From Candidatus Altiarchaeales archaeon (GTDB lineage: Archaea > Altiarchaeota > Altiarchaeia > IMC4 > SCGC-AAA252-I15), in contig DSAL01000063.1 in NCBI GenBank assembly GCA_011380095.1, positions 1 through 37,396 of the forward strand: a stretch of 37,396 nt of DNA. Reading direction: 5' to 3'. Shown one piece after another: positions 17,588 to 25,439 of the stretch; position 1 is the stretch's first letter; the number at the start of each line of letters is the position of its first letter. Made by a program: the position numbers and the translations under genes. The notes under the pieces are model-generated. The model was not told the DNA's origin. It did not search any database and was given only the letters and a program-made list of their open reading frames with translations.

Positions 17588-19324
17588 GTGGAGTATCTTG
17601 TGGAAGTCCTAAAACACGGCGGCAGCCTGTCCGAATTTGACAAGGGCAAGATTGTTAAAACCTGCATGACCGCGGGCTGTTCACTGGATTTGGCTTCAAG
17701 GATTGCGGGGGAGATAGAGTCGATATGCTATCCGGGCATGCCGACCATCGAGATACGCGAGAAGGTTTACGGCATGCTCTGCGACATCGACAAAGAACTT
17801 GCCGAAAAATACTTGTACCGCACCAACCTTCGGGTTAGGACTTCAGACTACCAGCTGAAGAAATTCAACGGGCAAAAGATTACCGACTCTCTTGTGACGG
17901 AGACTCTTGTTGACGAGGAGTTCGCCTCCCAAATCGCCAAGGCCGTCGAAAAGGAGCTGGCGAAACTCAAGCTCGATTATGTGACGGCACCCCTCATCCG
18001 CGAGATTGTGAACGTCAAGCTTTTGGAGGAGGGCATGGAGAGCGTCCGCGCCAAATACACAAGACTTGGAATGCCGGTATATGACGTGAAAGAGCTTTTC
18101 AGGGGCGTCGGGCTTGAGGGAGGATTCTGCCCCCAACGGATTAGGGATGCGATGGCTGAGCAGATAATAACCGAATACACCCTCCTTAACATCCTGCCTC
18201 CGGCTCTCGCCGACAGCCATCTTAAGGGGGATTTGAACATACACTACATCCGCGATTTTCCGCTGAAGGCGGAGTCTTTCAGCCATCCCTTGAAAATATT
18301 TCTGGAAAAAGGGTTGGACTGGAATGGGACTGAAACGTTCGTCTTGGAAAAGCCTGCGAAAACAGGAGGCGATTTCGTGAGGCATTTGAGAAAGATTTCA
18401 TACTCGGCAGGGCTTGAATTGAGCGGACTGCAGGTTTTCCCGGGCATTTTGGAGTTAGCTAAAAAGTTCGCGAGAAAAGACGCGGAAAAATTCGTGAAAG
18501 AAATGGTTTCCGAACTGTCCTACGCAAGCAGGATAACGGAGAGCGGGAGGGTGATGCTGTCGCTTGAAGACGTGGGCGATTTTTCAAAAAGCCTTGTCAA
18601 ACCGCTTTTGGAAAACAGTGGTGACGCCAACGGCCTTGTATTTTGGATTGACGCGAAAGATGCGCAAACCCTGAGGACTGCGGTAGGGAGAAAACCGTGG
18701 GGCGCGCAAATAATTTTGGGGAAGACTCCGGCATATTTTGAGCCGGAGATGGGTGTCGCCCAGACCGTCTGCATAAACCTCGCCCACGCCGAAAGCCTTG
18801 AGGGGGAGGTGGAGTCTGTGCAAAGGCTTTTGAAGGACGCTAAGGAAATCCTGATTTTCAAGAAGAAGATGCTGCAGGAAAACCACAGGAAGGGTTTGTG
18901 GAGCTATCTCGGCCAAATGCAGGAGGGGACGGCGGTTTACGACCCGCTTAAACAGGAGTATGTGATATCTTTCTGCGGGCTTGAAAGCGTTTCGGAAAAA
19001 GAGTTGGGGGAAACACAGGTTCTTGAATCAATGCGAAAATACGTCAACAGCCTGAAGAAGAAGAGCGGCATGCGGTTCATGCTCAAAAAGTGCGGTTGCC
19101 CGGAATGCTGCGCCAGGTTTGCGCGGATTGACGGAAAACGCTCCTGCAAAAATAAAGTTAATCTGCTGGAAGAGTTTGGCGAGGTTGTCGAACGCTGGAA
19201 CATGATTTCACGATACGCCGACAGTCAAAGCCCGATTGAGGTTGACGGCGGGAAAGCCTCCAAAAAGATTATTGAAGCGTGCACGGGTTTATTGGAGCGT
19301 GGAATACCAATACGATTTGTTTAG
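17588..19324 (+). CDS. Class III ribonucleotide reductase (NrdD)-derived protein with two ATP cones; catalytic motifs lost
   Basis: VLKHGGSLSEFDKGKI and VRTSDYQLKKFNGQKI cones; TAPLIREIVNVKL, YTRLGMPVYDV, HLKGDLNIH, KPAK, INL, RFARID; no glycyl-radical loop. Confidence 0.8.
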   Translation: MEYLVEVLKHGGSLSEFDKGKIVKTCMTAGCSLDLASRIAGEIESICYPGMPTIEIREKVYGMLCDIDKELAEKYLYRTNLRVRTSDYQLKKFNGQKITDSLVTETLVDEEFASQIAKAVEKELAKLKLDYVTAPLIREIVNVKLLEEGMESVRAKYTRLGMPVYDVKELFRGVGLEGGFCPQRIRDAMAEQIITEYTLLNILPPALADSHLKGDLNIHYIRDFPLKAESFSHPLKIFLEKGLDWNGTETFVLEKPAKTGGDFVRHLRKISYSAGLELSGLQVFPGILELAKKFARKDAEKFVKEMVSELSYASRITESGRVMLSLEDVGDFSKSLVKPLLENSGDANGLVFWIDAKDAQTLRTAVGRKPWGAQIILGKTPAYFEPEMGVAQTVCINLAHAESLEGEVESVQRLLKDAKEILIFKKKMLQENHRKGLWSYLGQMQEGTAVYDPLKQEYVISFCGLESVSEKELGETQVLESMRKYVNSLKKKSGMRFMLKKCGCPECCARFARIDGKRSCKNKVNLLEEFGEVVERWNMISRYADSQSPIEVDGGKASKKIIEACTGLLERGIPIRFV

Positions 19325-20581
19325 ATGGAAGGAAGTGACGTACGCTGCAAGATTACTAAGGCGATGAAGGAGGCCCGTCCGATGAGCAGGCAACTGTGCC
19401 TCTCATGCAAGGGGGGCAGGCTCTTGTGCGGGATGTCGAGTTGCCCTCTTTTGAAAAAGCTTGAAGTCCAAGCACCCCTAACTGAAAGGATTGGGCGCGA
19501 TGTTGACGGCCCGAGCCCCTCAATCTTTGTCGGATGGGGAGGGTATCCCCAAGTTAGCGTGGGGCAGCTGACGTCTTTCAGCCCGGACACCGCCTCCGCA
19601 TCAGATAATCCCGGAGGATGGTACGGCCTCGGCTTCGAAGACATCATCGCCTACAGGTCCAGCCTTATTCGGAGCAAGAAAAAACAGGGTGTTTTCAAAA
19701 GGAACGGTTTCATAGACGACTTGCGGGAGATTGCCCTTTCAGTAAATCCTGTTGAGGTTGAAGCCCGCTACAAGAACCCGCCGAAATTCAGTCTCGAGTT
19801 TAATCCCGTGTCTCAGCCGATGGGTCCGAGCGGGGTTTTGGAGAAGATGGATTTGACCGGCAATCCCAAGATTCCGAGGAGGGTTGATTCGGTTGTGAAC
19901 GACGATTTGAAGTCTCAGACGCAGGTCGGAATGCTTTATGAAAGCGATTTTGACGTCTATTATTTGAGCGGGGTTTTGTCGTCCGGAATCTTGGGCTTGG
20001 AAGACAAGCAGAAGATGGTGCCCACCCGCTGGAGCATCACCGCAATCGACGGCATGCTCGCTAAAAAGATGATGGAGGAAATCCGCGGTTGCCCTCAAAT
20101 CAACGAGTTTTTGGTTTTTGAAAACACTTATCTCGAGAACCATTTCGAGATAATTTTGATGCCCGGCGCCTGGGAGTTCGAATTGTTTGAAGCCTGGAGT
20201 CCAAACACGCTTTGGACGATGAATGAAAGTGAGCCGGTGATACAGGTGGAATACGAGGGGCATGATGGGAGGACCAAGTACGCGTTCAACGAGGGCGGGG
20301 GCTACTACGCCGGAAGGCTTGCGGTGGCCGAATACCTTTCGAAAATCCGAAGGCAGGCTCGTGCAATAGTGTTTAGGGAAATCTATGAGGGTTATGTCGT
20401 GCCGGTCGGAGTCTGGGAGGTGCGGGAGAACGTCCGCCACGCATTCACTAAAAAACCAAAACGATTCCAGAGCATGAGGGAGGCTTTATCCGACATCGAA
20501 ACGAGACTGAGGATTCCGGTGAGAAATTATACCGACAAGAGCCGGATACTCGCGCAAAAAAGGATTACAGACTACTTCTGA
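19325..20581 (+). CDS. nreA: Nre-family DNA repair protein (start may be 19363 or 19381)
   Basis: CLSCKGGRLLCGMSSCP, SIFVGWGGYP, VPTRWSITAID, GGYYAGRL, PVGVWEVRENVR, terminal PIP box QKRITDYF. Confidence 0.92.
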   Translation: MEGSDVRCKITKAMKEARPMSRQLCLSCKGGRLLCGMSSCPLLKKLEVQAPLTERIGRDVDGPSPSIFVGWGGYPQVSVGQLTSFSPDTASASDNPGGWYGLGFEDIIAYRSSLIRSKKKQGVFKRNGFIDDLREIALSVNPVEVEARYKNPPKFSLEFNPVSQPMGPSGVLEKMDLTGNPKIPRRVDSVVNDDLKSQTQVGMLYESDFDVYYLSGVLSSGILGLEDKQKMVPTRWSITAIDGMLAKKMMEEIRGCPQINEFLVFENTYLENHFEIILMPGAWEFELFEAWSPNTLWTMNESEPVIQVEYEGHDGRTKYAFNEGGGYYAGRLAVAEYLSKIRRQARAIVFREIYEGYVVPVGVWEVRENVRHAFTKKPKRFQSMREALSDIETRLRIPVRNYTDKSRILAQKRITDYF

Positions 20582-20600
20582 AAATAGTGTTTTTTTAAAT

Positions 20601-22094
20601 CTAGCCCCTCATCTTGTTTTTTCGCCTGACGAGCGGGCGCAGGAGAAGGAGTATGGGGAAGACTTCAAGCCTCCCAATCCACATCAAAAGCGCCAAAACG
20701 ATTTTCCCGGAAGACACCATCTCAAACCAGCGGGCGCCTGTCACAAACACTATTCCGACGTTGCCCATCGCGGAAAAGCTCAACTCGACGCCCTCCATCC
20801 CGGTGAATCCTAAAGACATGAGGAGTATCGCGCCAACAAGCGAGATTATCAAGTATATCATCGAGAATCCGAGTACGTAGAGCAGGTCTGCGAAATCAAT
20901 GTTTTTCTCGCCGAGCTTGAATGCCACAACCGCGTTCTTCGGAAGCATCATCCGCTTGAAGACGTAGTGTATGGACTTTACTATTACGGCAAGCCTCAAA
21001 AGCTTTATTCCGCCGGCGGTCGAGCCGTAGAATCCTCCGGAATACATGAGCATTATCAGGACTGTTTGGGCGAGCTCCGGCCACTGGCCGGTGTCACTTG
21101 TTCCAAAGCCAGTGCACGTTATCGCGGAAACAGTCTGGAAGGCGCTTTTGCGAAGCGATATGGCGGGGGATGCAGAATTGAAGTCTGGTGCGGAGTTGAA
21201 GACGCTCGCCCAGACGACGAGGGTTGATGTGAGGATTAGGAAGAACATGAATTTCGACTCAACATTTGATAGGAGAGACTTCACGTCGCCTGTGAAAAGC
21301 CGATAATGCAGGAGGAAGCTTACGGCGCCCGCAAGCATGAGAAGGATTGTGATGACTTCGATTACGACGGAATCGAAGTGTCCGATGCTTTGAGAGTGGG
21401 TTGAAAATCCGCCTGTCGCTATGGCCGCCCAACTGTGGTTTAAAGCGTCGAAGAATGACATTCCCGCGATGAAGTATAGGATGGTTCCGGCGAACGCGTA
21501 GAGCATGTAGATTTTCCATGTTTCCACAACAGTACCCCGTATCCCCGGCTTGATGCGCTGGACTCCCACCTCGCTCCCATAGTATTCCGCCGCAGCCTTT
21601 CCCGTGTTCAGAAATACTACAAGGCCGAGGGCGATGATTCCGACGCCTCCCACAAGGTGCGTGAGGCTTCGGTAGAGAAGTATGTCTTTATCGATGTTTT
21701 CAGGATACTCTATCATCGTCATCCCCGTAGTCGCCCAACCGCTCATCGACTCGAAGAAGCTGTCTACCGGGCCGAGCGTTCCGCGAACGAGAAACGGCAG
21801 CATGCCGACGATGGCGATTATCATCCAGGCGACGACCACGGTCGTTAGGGCGTGTGAAGTACGCGTCTCCGTCTTCGTCTTGCCCGCCTTTTTGGATAGG
21901 GTGTAGAGCATGTAGAACACGAGGGAGGGAAGCAGGAACGCGAGCATCTCGTGAAACAATTCCGTCTTGGACTGTGCGCTGGTGTAGAATACTGTGGCCG
22001 CAACCGGCACGAGCATGACGATTGACAGGACCTGAAGAATTCCGGACAAGTCCCTTAAGGTGACTTTAAGGTCGTCCAGCGTGAACGAATACAT
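20601..22094 (-). CDS. trkH: Trk potassium uptake membrane subunit
   Basis: FESMSGWATTG, ATGGFS, TCTGF, GSTAGGIK, MGNVG, MWIGRLE. Confidence 0.95.
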   Translation of the reverse strand: MYSFTLDDLKVTLRDLSGILQVLSIVMLVPVAATVFYTSAQSKTELFHEMLAFLLPSLVFYMLYTLSKKAGKTKTETRTSHALTTVVVAWMIIAIVGMLPFLVRGTLGPVDSFFESMSGWATTGMTMIEYPENIDKDILLYRSLTHLVGGVGIIALGLVVFLNTGKAAAEYYGSEVGVQRIKPGIRGTVVETWKIYMLYAFAGTILYFIAGMSFFDALNHSWAAIATGGFSTHSQSIGHFDSVVIEVITILLMLAGAVSFLLHYRLFTGDVKSLLSNVESKFMFFLILTSTLVVWASVFNSAPDFNSASPAISLRKSAFQTVSAITCTGFGTSDTGQWPELAQTVLIMLMYSGGFYGSTAGGIKLLRLAVIVKSIHYVFKRMMLPKNAVVAFKLGEKNIDFADLLYVLGFSMIYLIISLVGAILLMSLGFTGMEGVELSFSAMGNVGIVFVTGARWFEMVSSGKIVLALLMWIGRLEVFPILLLLRPLVRRKNKMRG

Positions 22095-22101
22095 GTTAAG
22101 A

Positions 22102-22506
22102 TTACTCCCAGGTTATTTTGCTGGCGATGTCCATCGCAGCCTGCTTTTCGGGGCTTATTATCGCATCCACTCCAAGCTCCTGGAAGAGCGGTATGAACTC
22201 GGGCTCCTTCACTCGGGAAACCGCCTTCCTCCCGCTTTTTTTCGCGATGAGCGATAGGAACAGGTTGACTTGGTCGTCGTGGGTTACCGCGATGAAGACG
22301 TCCTGTTTTTCAAGGTTCGCCTCCTTCAGGACGTACCTTTTGCTGGCGTTGCCCTCGATAATCTTGAAATTCTTCCTCTTCCCGAAATCCTGAGACAGCG
22401 CCTTAACCTTTTGTGCGTTCACTTCAATCAGGGTTATGTCGTGTTCTGGAAGCGCCTCAACCAGTTCTCTTCCAAGCGTCCCGCCTCCCGCAATCAGTAT
22501 CTTCAT
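22102..22506 (-). CDS. trkA: TrkA-family regulatory subunit, single RCK-N domain
   Basis: ILIAGGGTLG, FIAVTHDDQVN, LGVDAIISPE; adjacent to trkH. Confidence 0.88.
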   Translation of the reverse strand: MKILIAGGGTLGRELVEALPEHDITLIEVNAQKVKALSQDFGKRKNFKIIEGNASKRYVLKEANLEKQDVFIAVTHDDQVNLFLSLIAKKSGRKAVSRVKEPEFIPLFQELGVDAIISPEKQAAMDIASKITWE

Positions 22507-22584
22507 CTTGAATCCTCCTCCTAAAAAAACATTATTGTTCTGGAATTAATAATAGGAGGTATTTATAATATAGTTGGAGGAAGA

Positions 22585-23382
22585 ATGCCGGTAGTAGAAT
22601 ATCAGCTGAAAGACCTTTTGGAGTTGATGGGGGCGGGCTATAGCGAGCGGGAGCTTTCCGTGGCGATACCAATGATGGGGACCGACCTTGCCGGCATAAA
22701 AGACGGCGTGATTACCGTTGAAGTCTTCCCGAACCGCCCTGACATCCTCAATATCGAGGGTTTCGCCCGGGCGCTCAAAGGTTTTATGGGCGTTGAAGGG
22801 GGGCTTGCGAGATACGGCGTGTCGCCGTCCGGCATGGAACTTCTCGTCGAGAAGAAGAATGTTGAGGGCATCCGCCCGTTCATTTCGGCCGCAATCGTCA
22901 AAGACCTTGAGTTGAGCGAGGACGGCGTAGTCTCTTTGATGAACGTTCAGGAGAAACTCCACATCACCCACGGCCGGAACAGGCGGAAGGTGGCCATAGG
23001 CGTCCACGACCTCGACAAGATTAAGGGCCCGTTCACATACACCGCGAAAAATCCTAAAGACGTCTCGTTCATCCCGCTCGACATGAATGAGAAGATGAAC
23101 TTGCAGCAGATACTTTCAAGACACCCGAAGGGAAGAGACTACGCGTGGACTGTTGAGGGATTCAAAAAGTATCCGGTAATCTTTGACTCAACCGGCGAAG
23201 TCCTCTCGTTCCCGCCCATCATCAACGGAGAATACTCCCGTGTCGGCGACAATACAAGAAACATCTTCATCGAATGCACGGGCACAAGCCAAAACGCATG
23301 CGACATCGCAGTCAACATAATTGTTACAGGACTCGCAGACCGGGGCGGAAAAATACAGAGCATAGAAGTCAGCGAGAAATAG
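22585..23382 (+). CDS. Free-standing N-terminal half (B1 + B3/B4 editing domain) of archaeal PheRS beta
   Basis: PNRPDIL, IRPFI, QEKLHITHGRNRRKVAIGVHDL, VLSFPPIIN, IFIECTG; stops at 265 aa before B5 and core. Confidence 0.85.
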   Translation: MPVVEYQLKDLLELMGAGYSERELSVAIPMMGTDLAGIKDGVITVEVFPNRPDILNIEGFARALKGFMGVEGGLARYGVSPSGMELLVEKKNVEGIRPFISAAIVKDLELSEDGVVSLMNVQEKLHITHGRNRRKVAIGVHDLDKIKGPFTYTAKNPKDVSFIPLDMNEKMNLQQILSRHPKGRDYAWTVEGFKKYPVIFDSTGEVLSFPPIINGEYSRVGDNTRNIFIECTGTSQNACDIAVNIIVTGLADRGGKIQSIEVSEK

Positions 23383-23402
23383 AAGAAAATAAAAAAAAGA
23401 AG
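23383..23402 (-). terminator. Oligo-U tract, candidate intrinsic terminator for the minus-strand DUF4870-like gene
   Basis: aagaaaataaaaaaaagaag on + strand, just past stop 23420 between convergent genes. Confidence 0.4.
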
Positions 23403-23419
23403 AATGGAAAAGATGTTGT

Positions 23420-23806
23420 CTACATCTTTTCCGCTACAAGGTCTCCGATTAAAGCGTACCTGAAGTCCTCGCCCCGGAACGTCTTGTACGCACCAATGAG
23501 GGCGTAGATTAGTGCTGCAAGAGCCAGTAAGAGTACGACTGGTATCAGCAGGAAGCCTACCACCACAAAAGACAGTATTATCGCCGCAAACCAGAGTACG
23601 ACTAATACAACGGTTACTGCAAGCTGGTATGCGAGCGCCTGGAGCGCCTGGAATTTCACTACCTTGCTCTTGTCCTTGTACATCAGCCAGATAATCAATG
23701 GCACGATTACCGGCATTATTATCACGGATGCGTGCGATATTGCGGCCATAATGTTGTCGTCGTTTGAGCCCTTGGATTTCGCCTTTTTAGATTCTCCTTC
23801 AACCAT
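23420..23806 (-). CDS. DUF4870/Tic20-like membrane protein
   Basis: AAISH...PLIIWL..KDKS..VKFQALQAL...GEDFRY; AGGTGG RBS upstream of ATG 23806. Confidence 0.85.
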   Translation of the reverse strand: MVEGESKKAKSKGSNDDNIMAAISHASVIIMPVIVPLIIWLMYKDKSKVVKFQALQALAYQLAVTVVLVVLWFAAIILSFVVVGFLLIPVVLLLALAALIYALIGAYKTFRGEDFRYALIGDLVAEKM

Positions 23807-23907
23807 TTTTGGGTCCACCTTTTTCTTGGAAAAATTAGAGTGTATGAGTGTATATATACGGTATGTTAAATAACTAAACAAGTATTTTAGAGGTGTTTTA
23901 CGTTAAA

Positions 23908-24390
23908 ATGAATATTGGGAAAATGATTATGCCCGCGATAATCGTGGGGGTGCTCGTAGCAGTTTTGAATGGCGTGTTAAGCCTTGTTTCGATAATACCG
24001 TTTTTAGGTTGCATTGTCGCTCCTTTAAACCTTTGTCTTTGTTTTGTCCTGCCGGTAGCCGGGGGAATGGCGGCTGCAATGTTATACGGCCGGGGGGCTT
24101 CGCTTGACGTGGTTTCGGGTGCTGTGGTCGGCGCGCTCGCCGGAATAGTCGGCGGAATACTGTCCCCCATCGTGGGCTTCTTGGTCGGACTGCTCAACAA
24201 CGCGCTTGGCGTCGGCATGAGCGCGGTCCAGGGCGCCGCCGCAGAAGACCTTTTAGCACAGGCCGGAGTCGGGCTTGCTGCCGGAATCGGCGGCGCATTG
24301 CTTGGAATAGTTGTCGGAGTGTTCCTTGGAGCAGTTCTTGGAGCGGTCGGCGGCGCGATAATGGGCGCCGTGGGCGGGGGAAAGAAATAA
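23908..24390 (+). CDS. Gly-rich 4-TM membrane protein (DUF5518-like) with Cys motif
   Basis: GxxxG zippers; IPFLGCIVAPLNLCLC; GAGGTG at 23890-23895. Confidence 0.75.
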   Translation: MNIGKMIMPAIIVGVLVAVLNGVLSLVSIIPFLGCIVAPLNLCLCFVLPVAGGMAAAMLYGRGASLDVVSGAVVGALAGIVGGILSPIVGFLVGLLNNALGVGMSAVQGAAAEDLLAQAGVGLAAGIGGALLGIVVGVFLGAVLGAVGGAIMGAVGGGKK

Positions 24391-24421
24391 TCCCCCAAAT
24401 ATTTTTCGAGGTGAATTCAAG

Positions 24422-24916
24422 ATGAGTTTCGGAAGAATGATTATTTCAGGGATAGTAGGGGGAATCGCAGCAACCGTATTAAGCCTTGTTCCAATCGTCA
24501 ACTGGTGTGAAATGTGCTTTCTCATAAGCGTGTTCGGTGGATTCATAGCCGCGTGGTTTTACGCTAAAAAATGCGAGGTTTCGATTGTAAGCGGGATTTT
24601 GGCTGGAGCATGGTCCGGAATATTCAAGACGCTTTTGATAGGGATAGTATCTCTTGCAATAGCGGCTTTATTAGGCTCCGGCGTCGGAATCATGGGGATT
24701 TTCGCCGGCGCGAACGTCACAGAGCTTGTCGCAATGACAGGCATTGCTGTCGGCACAAGCGTTGCCGCAACAGCCATAGCAGTCCTTTTGATTGCGGTTA
24801 TCTCCGCGGTTGCGGGGGCGGTCGGAGGCGCGATATACGCCGCGACTTGCGTGAATAAGCCTTCGTCCGGCGGGAAGAAGACTGTCGTCGTTAACGCGAG
24901 CGGCCAAGTGCAATGA
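24422..24916 (+). CDS. Gly-rich 4-TM membrane protein (DUF5518-like), paralog of the preceding gene
   Basis: LSLVPIVNWCEMC...GGFIAAWFY...SGILAGA...GAVGGAIY; GAGGTGA RBS. Confidence 0.75.
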   Translation: MSFGRMIISGIVGGIAATVLSLVPIVNWCEMCFLISVFGGFIAAWFYAKKCEVSIVSGILAGAWSGIFKTLLIGIVSLAIAALLGSGVGIMGIFAGANVTELVAMTGIAVGTSVAATAIAVLLIAVISAVAGAVGGAIYAATCVNKPSSGGKKTVVVNASGQVQ

Positions 24917-25395
24917 ACAAGTATTTCGGCGGATACCTTGTTTTGTCCGCCGTCTTCCTCCTTATTTTCCTGTTGGTAATCGCGCCACCATTCCTGGACA
25001 AGTACGGGCGTGAGAATCTTTTGGGGCTTGACTATCTCGTCTTCAGCGGATACTGCCACCAGCTCGACTACCGAAGCCTTCACTTGTGGGGTGTGAAGCT
25101 TGCGGTATGCGCCCGCTGTACTGGAGTTTATCTTGGATTCCTTATTGGAACATTAGCATACCCCTTCTTCCGAAAGCTCGATTCGGGGGAGAAGCCGCCG
25201 GTTTGGCTGATAGCTGTTGCGGTTTTTCCCATGGTCTTGGACGGGGGAACCCAGCTTATTGGACTTCGGGAGAGCAACAACATGCTTCGGCTTTTCACGG
25301 GACTGTTGTTCGGCGCCTGCATCGCGCCCTATCTTGTTTTTACCATGTCAAGGCTTGTTGAAGAGGTTGCGGTAAAATTCAGGCGTTCTGATTGA
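24913..25395 (+). CDS. DUF2085 family membrane protein
   Basis: CHQLDYRS, VCARCTGVYLG, PMVLDGGTQ, RESNNMLRLFTG; ATGA overlap. Confidence 0.88.
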   Translation: MNKYFGGYLVLSAVFLLIFLLVIAPPFLDKYGRENLLGLDYLVFSGYCHQLDYRSLHLWGVKLAVCARCTGVYLGFLIGTLAYPFFRKLDSGEKPPVWLIAVAVFPMVLDGGTQLIGLRESNNMLRLFTGLLFGACIAPYLVFTMSRLVEEVAVKFRRSD

Positions 25396-25439
25396 GTTGG
25401 AGTTAAATTTAAGCGTGTGGACTGAATTTCTAAACTGAC

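Noticed and set aside
19322..19327. In-frame TAG-ATG junction suggesting read-through into an NrdD-NreA fusion
   Set aside because: No recoding signal or pyrrolysine genes seen; NreA has its own normal N-terminus; TAG is an ordinary stop elsewhere in the window
22102..22506. Short TrkA as a pseudogene
   Set aside because: Single RCK-N regulatory subunits are known; the ORF is intact and sits immediately upstream of trkH
23893..24916. Gly-rich hydrophobic ORFs as bacteriocin/halocin precursors
   Set aside because: No leader peptide, maturation enzyme or dedicated exporter nearby; a 4-TM membrane-protein pattern fits better
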